Shown: piece by piece, positions 35,960 to 43,957 of the stretch
Position numbering within the stretch: the first letter of the stretch is position 1
Layout: each line of letters starts with the position of its first letter
From: Acutalibacteraceae bacterium
GTDB taxonomy: Bacteria > Bacillota > Clostridia > Oscillospirales > Acutalibacteraceae
Assembly: GCA_045534095.1 (NCBI GenBank)
Contig: JAZSJA010000002.1
Span: 1-52,477, forward strand
Length of the DNA stretch: 52,477 bases
Direction: 5' to 3'
Notes under the pieces: model-generated
The model's input: the letters and a program-made list of their open reading frames with translations, nothing else
The model's database searches: none
What the model was told of the DNA's origin: nothing
Program-made: the position numbers and the translations under genes

Positions 35960-35999
35960 TAAAAAACACCTCAAAATCAAAACATAATAATACTTATAA

Positions 36000-36028
36000 A
36001 TTATATACTTTATCCCCCTTTTTGTCAA
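36000..36028 (-). promoter_or_regulatory. Sigma-A type promoter of alaS
   Basis: On the minus strand: TTGACA (36028-36023), a 17-nt spacer, then TATAAT (36005-36000). This leaves only a leader of about 35 nt. Confidence 0.6.
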
Positions 36029-36119
36029 TACAAAAGGGTGTAAAAATAAGCTTTTTCTATTGAAATTTATTGTAAAGAGTTGTAAAATAATAAAAAACGT
36101 AAAAGGGGCGCTTTAAAAA

Positions 36120-37481
36120 ATGAATATCACCGCGATTTCCCTACAAATGGGCGAAAACGATTTTGAAAGAAGATTTGTATGGTATGCAGAAAAAAGCACA
36201 AAATCTGCCGCAGTTCAGTATATCAAAAAATCAGAATATATAAAAAGTAATAGCTTTGAAAATGGCGAAATCGCCTTTGGTACAGTTGAGGAGATTTACA
36301 ATAATACCCAAAACCTTAGTTGTAAGGTTAAAATAGAAAATCTTGACCCAGGTAGTGAATACTGTTACCGAGTTGGCGATGGTACTGAATTTTCAAAAGA
36401 GGTTTTTAACTTTAAAACCCCATCGGCTAATAAAAATCGCTCCTTTGCGGTAATAAGCGATTTGCACTGTATGTATAAGCCCGATGCTCCTAATCTTTGG
36501 GAGTACCGCCGCCCTCAGTGGCAAAAGACCATAAATCAAATAAATAATTTTGATGATAATATCGCTTGCCTTATAAGTGCGGGAGATAACATTTCAAGCT
36601 ATAATATGGGGCTTAATGGTGATGAAGAAAACCTTAGAATAATCTGTGAAAAGGAGCACGAGTTTCTTTTTGAGCCCGAGCTTACAAAATCTATTCCTTT
36701 TGCCACCGTAATGGGTAATCATGAGGCAGAGTATTATTTGGATGAAAATCCCGCCTCCAGCGTTATGGGGTACCATTTTTATATGCCTAATGATGATGGC
36801 GTTTCGGGTCACGTGCCCCAAAATACTTCGGGTAATTTTTGCTTTTTGTCGGGGGACGTGCTTATAATTGGTCTTAATTTTGCGGTAGATACCAAAGGCA
36901 ATTACGCAAAAACCGATTATGAAACAAACGAAAATTATTTAAAATGGGCAGTTAATAAATACCCCGATGCATTGTGGCGAGTGGTTGTTACCCACATTCA
37001 AGGCTATACCTTTATCGGGGATAGTAAAGGCGCAGAAACCCCTTATATGATGCAAAAGCAAGACGCACTTTGTACTAAATTTAATATTGATTTAATGCTA
37101 ACAGGTCACGCCCATGGATTTTCACGTTCCTACCCAATAAAAAATGGTAAAGCCAACAAAAACGCAGTTAAAAATATAAATGGCGTAGATACTATTTGTA
37201 ATGGCGAGGGTACGGTGCATTATAATATTCCAAGTGCACTTAATCACTCCTTTACAAGCGTTTTTCCACAGTTTAATGACTATATTAAAAGCTACGGAGT
37301 AGCAAAAACAAGAAGCGAGTCTGCCAAAATGCCCGAAGGTTTTATAGAGTATGAGTCCCCAATGTTTTTGCATATTGATATGGACGAAAACAAAACCAAA
37401 AGTCGTACGACTATTAAAATTATCCAGAGTCAAGACCTAAAATCAATTGATGAGTTTGTGATAATAAAAACAAAAATATAA
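36120..37481 (+). CDS. Cytoplasmic purple-acid-phosphatase-like metallophosphoesterase
   Basis: An N-terminal FN3-like PAP domain (YCYRVGDG) is followed by SDLH, GDNIS, GNHE and GHAHG metallophosphoesterase motifs. No signal peptide. Confidence 0.8.
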   Translation: MNITAISLQMGENDFERRFVWYAEKSTKSAAVQYIKKSEYIKSNSFENGEIAFGTVEEIYNNTQNLSCKVKIENLDPGSEYCYRVGDGTEFSKEVFNFKTPSANKNRSFAVISDLHCMYKPDAPNLWEYRRPQWQKTINQINNFDDNIACLISAGDNISSYNMGLNGDEENLRIICEKEHEFLFEPELTKSIPFATVMGNHEAEYYLDENPASSVMGYHFYMPNDDGVSGHVPQNTSGNFCFLSGDVLIIGLNFAVDTKGNYAKTDYETNENYLKWAVNKYPDALWRVVVTHIQGYTFIGDSKGAETPYMMQKQDALCTKFNIDLMLTGHAHGFSRSYPIKNGKANKNAVKNINGVDTICNGEGTVHYNIPSALNHSFTSVFPQFNDYIKSYGVAKTRSESAKMPEGFIEYESPMFLHIDMDENKTKSRTTIKIIQSQDLKSIDEFVIIKTKI

Positions 37482-37548
37482 AAAATATTGATTTTTTTAC
37501 AAAAATATGGCAAAATATAAGTATAATATTTTTTAGGAGGCTATAACT

Positions 37549-38085
37549 ATGGATTTAAAAGGTTCAAAAACCGAAGCTAATTTGATGGCTGCTTTTGCAG
37601 GCGAATCACAGGCTCGCAACAAGTACACATATTATGCTTCTAAGGCTAAAAAGGATGGTTTTGTTCAAATTGCAGAGCTTTTTGAGGAAACCGCAAATAA
37701 CGAGAAAGAGCACGCAAAAATTTGGTTTAAGCTTTTGCACGATGGTATGCCCGATACCGCTACTAATCTGGAAGATGCTGCCGCCGGCGAGAACTATGAG
37801 TGGACCGAAATGTATGCTGAGTTTGCTAAGGTAGCTAAGGAAGAGGGCTTTGATCATATCGCATTCCTTTTCTCTGAGGTTGCTAAAATCGAAAAGGCTC
37901 ACGAAGAGCGTTATCGCAAGCTTTTAAGCAATGTTGAGGGTGGCGTTGTATTCTCAAAAGACGGCGACATTATGTGGGAATGCTCCAACTGCGGACATCT
38001 TGTGTTTGGTAAACAAGCACCTGAGGTTTGCCCCGTTTGTGCACATCCCCAAAGCTATTTTAAAGAGAGAGCAACAAACTATTAA
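37549..38085 (+). CDS. rbr: Rubrerythrin
   Basis: It has a ferritin-like diiron domain (two ExxH motifs: EKEH, EERY region) and a C-terminal rubredoxin CSNCGH...CPVCAHP. AGGAGG RBS. Confidence 0.92.
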   Translation: MDLKGSKTEANLMAAFAGESQARNKYTYYASKAKKDGFVQIAELFEETANNEKEHAKIWFKLLHDGMPDTATNLEDAAAGENYEWTEMYAEFAKVAKEEGFDHIAFLFSEVAKIEKAHEERYRKLLSNVEGGVVFSKDGDIMWECSNCGHLVFGKQAPEVCPVCAHPQSYFKERATNY

Positions 38086-38105
38086 AAATAATTTAAATTG
38101 AGTTT

Positions 38106-38146
38106 AAAAGGGGAAGAAGTTGTTTTTAACTTCTTCCCATTTTTGT
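38106..38146 (+). terminator. Rho-independent terminator of rbr
   Basis: GGGGAAGAAGTT-GTTTTT-AACTTCTTCCC followed by ATTTTTG. Confidence 0.8.
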
Positions 38147-38274
38147 TGATGTTTTGTAAGTGCGATAAATTGTAGGTTGAATAATTCTGCATTTGTTTTG
38201 TAACCATAATTCTTTCTTTTTCATAAAATATATTGCCAAGCTTTTTGGTAATAAAATAAAAAGGAGGAAGATTT

Positions 38275-39129
38275 ATGGCTATTTTTTCTAACCAAGCAAC
38301 CTTAACCTATAACGGACAAAGCACCAATTCCAACGTTGCGTATGGTGAAATACTTGACGTATTAGCGATTACTAAAACCCCCGTTGAATCCAGCTATTCC
38401 GCGGGTGAAACGGTAACCTATACCGTGGCTTTGCGTAATACGGGTGGTAACGCTTTGAGCGGACTTACCCTTACCGACGATTTAGGTGGATATCTGTTTG
38501 GCACTACCACCGTTTATCCCTTAACCTATGTTGACGGTTCTGTTTTGTATTACGTTGATGGTGTGATACAGCCTGCACCTGCCGTAACAGCAGGCCCACC
38601 CCTTGTAATTAGCGGAATAAATATTCCTGCAAATGGTGATGCAGTTATTATTTATCAAGCCGTTGCCAATAATTTTGCAAGCCCCGAGATTGGCGGAGCA
38701 ATAACCAATACAGTCACCGCAACGGGGGATGGACTAAGTGCACCCATAACCGCTACTGCTACAGTAGATGCCTTGACTGCTGCTGAGCTTTCTATTTCAA
38801 AATCCATTACCCCATCTCAGGTGGTAGATAACGACCGTGTAACCTACACCTTTGTTATTCAAAACACAGGCAATGAGGCCGTTACCGCTACTGATGATGC
38901 CGTAATAAGCGATACCTTTGATCCCATTTTAACTGCCCTTAGCGTTACTTTTAACGGCACACCTTTGGCAGAGGGTACTGATTACACCTATAACCAGGCA
39001 ACAGGTTTGTTCCAAACCACAAACGGAACCATTACAGTTCCTGCCGCAACCTATACGGTAGACCCAACAACCGGCGAGTATATTTCAACCCCCGGCATTG
39101 CAACCCTTATCGTTACAGGAACAATTTAA
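38275..39129 (+). CDS. Leaderless two-domain DUF11 (conserved repeat domain) protein
   Basis: AAGGAGGAAG RBS. There are two internally related Ig-like modules (ITKTPVESSYSAGETVTYTVALRNTGGNALSGLTLTDDLG and ISKSITPSQVVDNDRVTYTFVIQNTGNEAVTATDDAVISDTFDP). The protein has no signal peptide, TM segment or sortase motif and is T/A/G/V-rich. Confidence 0.7.
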   Translation: MAIFSNQATLTYNGQSTNSNVAYGEILDVLAITKTPVESSYSAGETVTYTVALRNTGGNALSGLTLTDDLGGYLFGTTTVYPLTYVDGSVLYYVDGVIQPAPAVTAGPPLVISGINIPANGDAVIIYQAVANNFASPEIGGAITNTVTATGDGLSAPITATATVDALTAAELSISKSITPSQVVDNDRVTYTFVIQNTGNEAVTATDDAVISDTFDPILTALSVTFNGTPLAEGTDYTYNQATGLFQTTNGTITVPAATYTVDPTTGEYISTPGIATLIVTGTI

Positions 39130-39134
39130 TAAAT

Positions 39135-39162
39135 CTGGGAGCGATTTACACGCTCCCTTTTT
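39135..39162 (+). terminator. Rho-independent terminator
   Basis: GGGAGCG-ATTTACA-CGCTCCC followed by TTTTTTT. Confidence 0.8.
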
Positions 39163-39174
39163 TTGAATTATTTT

Positions 39175-39203
39175 ACTTGAAATTAAAACTGATTTTTATT
39201 ATA
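39175..39203 (+). promoter_or_regulatory. Sigma-A type promoter
   Basis: TTGAAA (39175-39180), a 17-nt spacer, then TATAAT (39198-39203). Confidence 0.6.
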
Positions 39204-39237
39204 ATAAAGGCAGAAAGCATAAAGGAGATGTTATATA

Positions 39238-40548
39238 GTGAAGAGTTATTTTAAAAAGAAATTGATTCTTGTCGTTTCCATTTTATTGGTTTCCCTTTTA
39301 TGTTCATGCAGTCAGCCTGTTGTTAATACCTCGTCTAAAGGCACCGAGACATCCGAAATAACTTCTGTCAATACAGATTCAAGCAAAATTTCTTCCGTAA
39401 ATGTGTCATCCAAGAAGTCGCCATCCTCTAAAACAACTTCTATTTATATCGATTCAAGTAAAAACACATCTGCAAAACCTTCTTCCCAAAAGGGGGTATC
39501 GTCCGAAAAAAATTCTCATAAAAAGCCAGTTTCAACAACTACTTCCTCTAAGAATTATGATTACGAAGATGATTATGATTATGACTATGACTACGACGAT
39601 GATGATTATTATGAATACATAAGGCCCAAATATGAAATTACACCTGATAAAAACTTAAATCCTTTTACAATTGCAATTTATCCCGATACGCAGCAAGAGG
39701 TGATTGTAGAGGAAGCAGTAAAAAATAAACATTTTTTAAATCGTTCACAATGGCTTGTAGATAATGCTAAAAATCTTAATTTAAAATTTGTCGTTCATAC
39801 AGGCGACGTTGTGAATTGGGGTAATGAGGAGCCAAAGCAGTTTGATATTGCTTCCGAAGCACTTAAACCATTAGAGGTAGCCAATATTCCAACAATGTTG
39901 TGCCTTGGAAATCATGATACGGCAGCAGTAGGAGTGGGAGGATCTGCGGCGGATCCGGAAAACACATGGATTCGTGTGCGTGATACTTCGGCTTTTAATA
40001 AAGCTTTTCCTACAAGCAGATATCCAAGATTTGTTCCCTTTGAGGAAGGTAAAATAGATAACGGATTTCAACTTATTTCAGCAGGAGGTCTTAAATGGTT
40101 GGTTATGACCTTGGAGCTTTGGCCAAGGGATGAGGTTATAACCTGGGCTAATCTTGTGATTTCAGATTATTCTGATTATAACGTTATTATTGCTACCCAT
40201 TCATACCTTACCGATAACGGCGATATCTACAATAGAGCGGACTATGGCAGTAATTCGCCTAAAGAACTTTACGAAAGATTGATAAAGCAACACAAAAATA
40301 TTAAAATGGTTTTTTCGGGACATACCGGAAACGCACGTACTCGTGAGGATACAGGTATTTACGGAAATAAAATAACCACCTTTTTGGGAGCGTTTCATAG
40401 CAACACACAGAATCCCGTTCAGCTTATGAGTGTAGACCCTGCAAACGATAAGGTTTCGGTGCGTTTTTATAGTCCAATAGATGATACGGAATTAACTGAG
40501 TATAATCGTACAATTGGCAATATGGGATTTATAAAACCTAAAAAGTAA
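39238..40548 (+). CDS. Lipoprotein metallophosphoesterase with a Ser/Lys-rich linker and a D/Y acidic repeat
   Basis: GTG start 8 nt after AAGGAG. It has the lipobox LLCSC, about 90 aa of S/T/K-rich low-complexity sequence, YDYEDDYDYDYDYDDDDYYEY, and then HTGD, GNHD, ATHSY and GHTG phosphoesterase motifs. Confidence 0.8.
   Translation: MKSYFKKKLILVVSILLVSLLCSCSQPVVNTSSKGTETSEITSVNTDSSKISSVNVSSKKSPSSKTTSIYIDSSKNTSAKPSSQKGVSSEKNSHKKPVSTTTSSKNYDYEDDYDYDYDYDDDDYYEYIRPKYEITPDKNLNPFTIAIYPDTQQEVIVEEAVKNKHFLNRSQWLVDNAKNLNLKFVVHTGDVVNWGNEEPKQFDIASEALKPLEVANIPTMLCLGNHDTAAVGVGGSAADPENTWIRVRDTSAFNKAFPTSRYPRFVPFEEGKIDNGFQLISAGGLKWLVMTLELWPRDEVITWANLVISDYSDYNVIIATHSYLTDNGDIYNRADYGSNSPKELYERLIKQHKNIKMVFSGHTGNARTREDTGIYGNKITTFLGAFHSNTQNPVQLMSVDPANDKVSVRFYSPIDDTELTEYNRTIGNMGFIKPKK
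39556..39618 (+). repeat. Imperfect gat/gac-tat/tac microsatellite-like tract encoding a (D/E,Y) run
   Basis: Read directly: tat gat tac gaa gat gat tat gat tat gac tat gac tac gac gat gat gat tat tat gaa tac. Confidence 0.8.
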
Positions 40549-40551
40549 AAC

Positions 40552-40586
40552 AAAAAAAGATGCATAGGATGATGCATCTTTTTTGT
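40552..40586. terminator. Bidirectional terminator between convergent genes
   Basis: AAAAAAAGATGCAT-AGGATG-ATGCATCTTTTTT. Confidence 0.8.
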
Positions 40587-40606
40587 TTTACTTTCTGGTT
40601 TAATTT

Positions 40607-42475
40607 CTATTTTATTCTAAGCCAAGCGGCACAGCGTGACTCCTCATCCCAGGTTTTGCCTGCAGATGCATAATCAATAAGTCTTGCAGTTTCGCCTGAT
40701 GCAAGAGGTACTTCAAAGCAAATATGCGCTTCTTTAATCTCAGGGCAAGATACCTCTTTAGCATCAACAAAGCCATCTTTATCACAAACAACATCCAAAA
40801 CAGAATCGGGATCGGTTATGCGTTTGTCGGCCGCTAAAACTAAAGGTCCATAGGTGTATGCCGCAAAAATATCCCTATTTACTGCACCATCAGGGGGTAA
40901 AACTTGCTTAACCTTCATAGGTAAATCAAGGGTGATTTCGTCGTTGTTATTCCAAATTGCCTTCAGATTAGCGTATCCCGAGGCAAAAGTTTTTGTTTTA
41001 CCCTTATATGTAATGGTTGCGTTATTGCACCAGGCGGGAATTCTAAAGGATATTTCAAACTCCTCGTTTTTTCCCAGTTCAAGGGCAATTTTAACTGTAC
41101 CATTATAGGGGTAGGCAGTATCCATAATGAATTTAACTGTGGAACCTGTAGGTGTAAAGGAGTTGATAAATCCTTTTTCGTAATAGTTAATTACAAATCC
41201 TGTTTCTTTTTGTAAAAGTGCAATTTCGGGAATTACGCCTGTACCTGCTGAGCCAATGCAAGCACAGCAACCATAGTAGGTGTTATCAGGTAAAACGTTG
41301 TAACCACCCGTCTGTCTGCCTCTGGTATCGGCAACAAGGGGAGCGTAACTATCAAAGGGCATTACCCCTGAAAATGTGTTAAGAACCTCTTTGTGTCGTT
41401 TGTCGTTATGAATTATACGATTAGTGTTAAACGATCCGCGATATGCGTTGTAAAAGGATTGTTCAATTCTATCGGCATAGTCTGAGCGACCGGTAAGTTC
41501 AAGTAACTGAGATGCAAATTTCATCCAGGTAACGGTAACGCAGGTTTCTTGAACAATTCCCTCATAATCGGTTTGAGTTTGTCTGATTGCGGTGTGGTCA
41601 AAAAGCTCGTGAGTACAACCACTGCAACCAATTATGCTAAACTCTGTGTTGATAATATTTTTACCAAAGTTAATTAAAGCGGTTTTATATTTCTCAATAC
41701 CGGTAATATAGTAAAACTGTAAAAGTCCCTCAAAGCAGGACATCATCTCATAAGCCTTAACAACGGGATAATCGTGAGGTGATACGTTATTATAGGCAAG
41801 TTCTATAAGATTATCAGACAGAATGAATCCTGTAGAAATAATATATTCGGCAAATTCAAAATATTTTTTGTTGCCGGTTAATCGGTAAAGACGAACAATA
41901 GGCTCTAAAATTGAGCAGGAGTTAAGCCCCTCCCAATGCTTGGAGCATCTGCGAATGTCAAGCTTATCGGCACCAATGCGGGCAATGATATAATCGGCTT
42001 GTCGGCTCATAGAGGCGATGATTTGCTTGTTGAGTTCTTCATCTTTGGAGATTTCCATAAAATACATAAGACCAAGCATAACGTATTTTCTGCCCCAAAG
42101 ATCCCAAAAATTAAACTGTTCTCTTGGGCGATAGCCTGAAATTCTGCCAAATTTATCTTCAGTGCTTAAAATATCACGAACGCTGTTTTCAAGAATTTCA
42201 TAAATCTCATCATTACCTGTGTATCTTGTAACCATAGATGCACCACGCATCATTTTGCCCCAAAATTCACTTCGCCAGGTAACGTACCAGTCGCCTCTGC
42301 CATCATCTTGAATACGAAAAATATCAACAAACTTTTTCCAAAGAGCAACGTCGTAAAGTTGGTTTCTTTCAATAAAATCAACCGATTCTTTAACCGTGCC
42401 CTCAAAAAACAGATTAAGCTCATCGGTTTTTTTAAAGGTTTTTAAGTCTTTTTCAGGAATGATTTTTTCAACCAT
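40607..42475 (-). CDS. GH127-type (DUF1680) beta-L-arabinofuranosidase-like glycoside hydrolase, paralogue 1
   Basis: FWGKMMRG and YEMMSCFEG are present. ETC (VQETCVT) and CC (YYGCCACIG) match the Glu-x-Cys and Cys-Cys zinc/nucleophile positions of HypBA1. The start is set at ATG 42475, 7 nt after AAGGGGG. No signal peptide. Confidence 0.8.
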   Translation of the reverse strand: MVEKIIPEKDLKTFKKTDELNLFFEGTVKESVDFIERNQLYDVALWKKFVDIFRIQDDGRGDWYVTWRSEFWGKMMRGASMVTRYTGNDEIYEILENSVRDILSTEDKFGRISGYRPREQFNFWDLWGRKYVMLGLMYFMEISKDEELNKQIIASMSRQADYIIARIGADKLDIRRCSKHWEGLNSCSILEPIVRLYRLTGNKKYFEFAEYIISTGFILSDNLIELAYNNVSPHDYPVVKAYEMMSCFEGLLQFYYITGIEKYKTALINFGKNIINTEFSIIGCSGCTHELFDHTAIRQTQTDYEGIVQETCVTVTWMKFASQLLELTGRSDYADRIEQSFYNAYRGSFNTNRIIHNDKRHKEVLNTFSGVMPFDSYAPLVADTRGRQTGGYNVLPDNTYYGCCACIGSAGTGVIPEIALLQKETGFVINYYEKGFINSFTPTGSTVKFIMDTAYPYNGTVKIALELGKNEEFEISFRIPAWCNNATITYKGKTKTFASGYANLKAIWNNNDEITLDLPMKVKQVLPPDGAVNRDIFAAYTYGPLVLAADKRITDPDSVLDVVCDKDGFVDAKEVSCPEIKEAHICFEVPLASGETARLIDYASAGKTWDEESRCAAWLRIK

Positions 42476-42610
42476 AATAATAGCCCCCTTTTTATAAGTA
42501 GGATTATAGCACAAATGTTTATAAATGTCTATGCAAAAATTACATTTTTATAAAATTATAAGAATCGTAAAATTCGGTATATTATCTATTGTTGAAAATA
42601 ATATATTTTA

Positions 42611-42639
42611 TTGACTTTGTATTTTGTTGGTAGTATAAT
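42611..42639 (+). promoter_or_regulatory. Sigma-A type promoter of the GH130-GH127 pair
   Basis: TTGACT (42611-42616), a 17-nt spacer, then TATAAT (42634-42639). The 12-bp palindrome GTATAATTATAC (42633-42644) overlaps the -10 box. Confidence 0.6.
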
Positions 42640-42672
42640 TATACCAAATTCTAGCTAATAGGAGATAATAAA

Positions 42673-43842
42673 ATGAACGAGATAGTTTTATGGCGTAAAA
42701 AATTGCTTTCACCTGTAGAAAATTCGGACTGGGCAAGCGAAATGGTATTAAACCCTGCAATTATTGAAGATCCTAAAACTAAAAGGATACATATGCTTTT
42801 TCGTGCTACCGGTCCTTACCCACAGGCCCGCATTGAGGGTGAGCCTATGCCATATCCCATATTTTTAGGGTATGGTTACAGTGATGATGGTGAGAATTTC
42901 ACCTTTGATTTAGAAAAACCCGCTTTAGCACCTGCACTTAATTATGAAAAAGAAAATATTTATTTAACCAATTACAAGGGCGAAAAGGTGCCTGATTTCA
43001 CAAATGGTTGCATAGAAGATCCAAGACTGTTTTTTATAGATGACGTATGCTATATGACCGTTGCTTGCAGAATGTTCGCTCCGGGTGCCTATTGGTCTAA
43101 GGAGTATAGAGGTCATTGTTTACCAAGCTGGGCACGAATTGAAGATGAAAATCCTTTTGGTACTCATGAGAATCCTACAATTACTGTTCTCTATAAGGTG
43201 GATTTAAAAGAACTTTCAGCAAAGAATTATGAAAAAACATTTACCTATATTACTCATTTAAACGACCCCGCATATGGTGAGGATCGAGATGTTGTTTTCT
43301 TTTCAAAAAAAATGATGGTGGATGGTAAGCTTTGCTACATAATGCTTCAGCGCCCCGTAACACCTGACACTTACCCCGAATTCACTGCAACAAAGCCTTC
43401 AATGGTTATTTCCGCCGCTGAAAGCTTTGAGGATTTTGCAACCGACAATAACGTAAAAAGAAGATTGATATTAAGCCCAACCGAACCCTGGCAAGATGAA
43501 CGAGTTGGCGCAAGTTGTCCTCCACTTGAAATAGGTGAGGGCAGATGGCTACTTAACTATCATGGCAAGCAAGATGCTATTGGGGGATACGGTCAGTCCT
43601 TTATGACCTTTAAAGAAGTAGAAAACGATATGCCGGTAATAGAAAAATTAAGTCTTGAAAAAATGATTGGTTGTGAAGCGGATTTTGAAGAGCCGGCTCG
43701 ATTCACAATCCCTTGTGTTTTCTTTACAGGTATGATATTCCATAAAGGCGATTTACTTGTAAGCTACGGCGCCGCTGATGAGCGTGTAGGTTTACTTAAA
43801 ATTGACTATAAAAAACTTATGGAAAAAATGGATGAGCTTTAA
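42673..43842 (+). CDS. GH130-family beta-mannoside phosphorylase/hydrolase
   Basis: VLNPAIIED, LGYGYSDDGENF, IEDPRLFFID and VSYGAADERVG follow the five-bladed GH130 pattern. AGGAG RBS, no signal peptide. Confidence 0.85.
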   Translation: MNEIVLWRKKLLSPVENSDWASEMVLNPAIIEDPKTKRIHMLFRATGPYPQARIEGEPMPYPIFLGYGYSDDGENFTFDLEKPALAPALNYEKENIYLTNYKGEKVPDFTNGCIEDPRLFFIDDVCYMTVACRMFAPGAYWSKEYRGHCLPSWARIEDENPFGTHENPTITVLYKVDLKELSAKNYEKTFTYITHLNDPAYGEDRDVVFFSKKMMVDGKLCYIMLQRPVTPDTYPEFTATKPSMVISAAESFEDFATDNNVKRRLILSPTEPWQDERVGASCPPLEIGEGRWLLNYHGKQDAIGGYGQSFMTFKEVENDMPVIEKLSLEKMIGCEADFEEPARFTIPCVFFTGMIFHKGDLLVSYGAADERVGLLKIDYKKLMEKMDEL

Positions 43843-43872
43843 AGCTTTTTCATATAAATATTTTTAAGTATA

Positions 43873-43916
43873 AAACAGCAACGTTGGAGGATATTTGTTT
43901 TATCCAACGTTGTTTT
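43873..43916 (+). terminator. Hairpin (terminator or attenuating intercistronic structure) between GH130 and GH127
   Basis: CAACGTTGGA-(14 nt)-TCCAACGTTG followed by TTTTC. Confidence 0.65.
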
Positions 43917-43957
43917 CAAAATACTATAAATAGTATAAAAAAGAGTGGTGTAAAGTT

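Noticed and set aside
35960-36028. N-terminal extension of alaS (898-aa ORF in the track), and a possible T-box leader
   Set aside because: A consensus TTGACA-17-TATAAT promoter lies inside the extension, so it cannot be translated. Only about 35 nt of leader remain, which is too short for a T-box riboswitch, and no specifier or T-box motifs were seen.
37482-37548. Possible PerR/Fur-type box (AAATATAAGTATAATATTT) upstream of rubrerythrin
   Set aside because: It is only an imperfect AT-rich palindrome overlapping a -10-like hexamer. In sequence this AT-rich it could easily be chance, so I did not call it as a feature.
38147-38274. 32-aa minus-strand ORF (MKKKELWLQNKCRIIQPTIYRTYKTSTKMGRS) upstream of the DUF11 gene
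   Set aside because: It has no Shine-Dalgarno sequence and runs into the rbr terminator stem, so it is most likely fortuitous.
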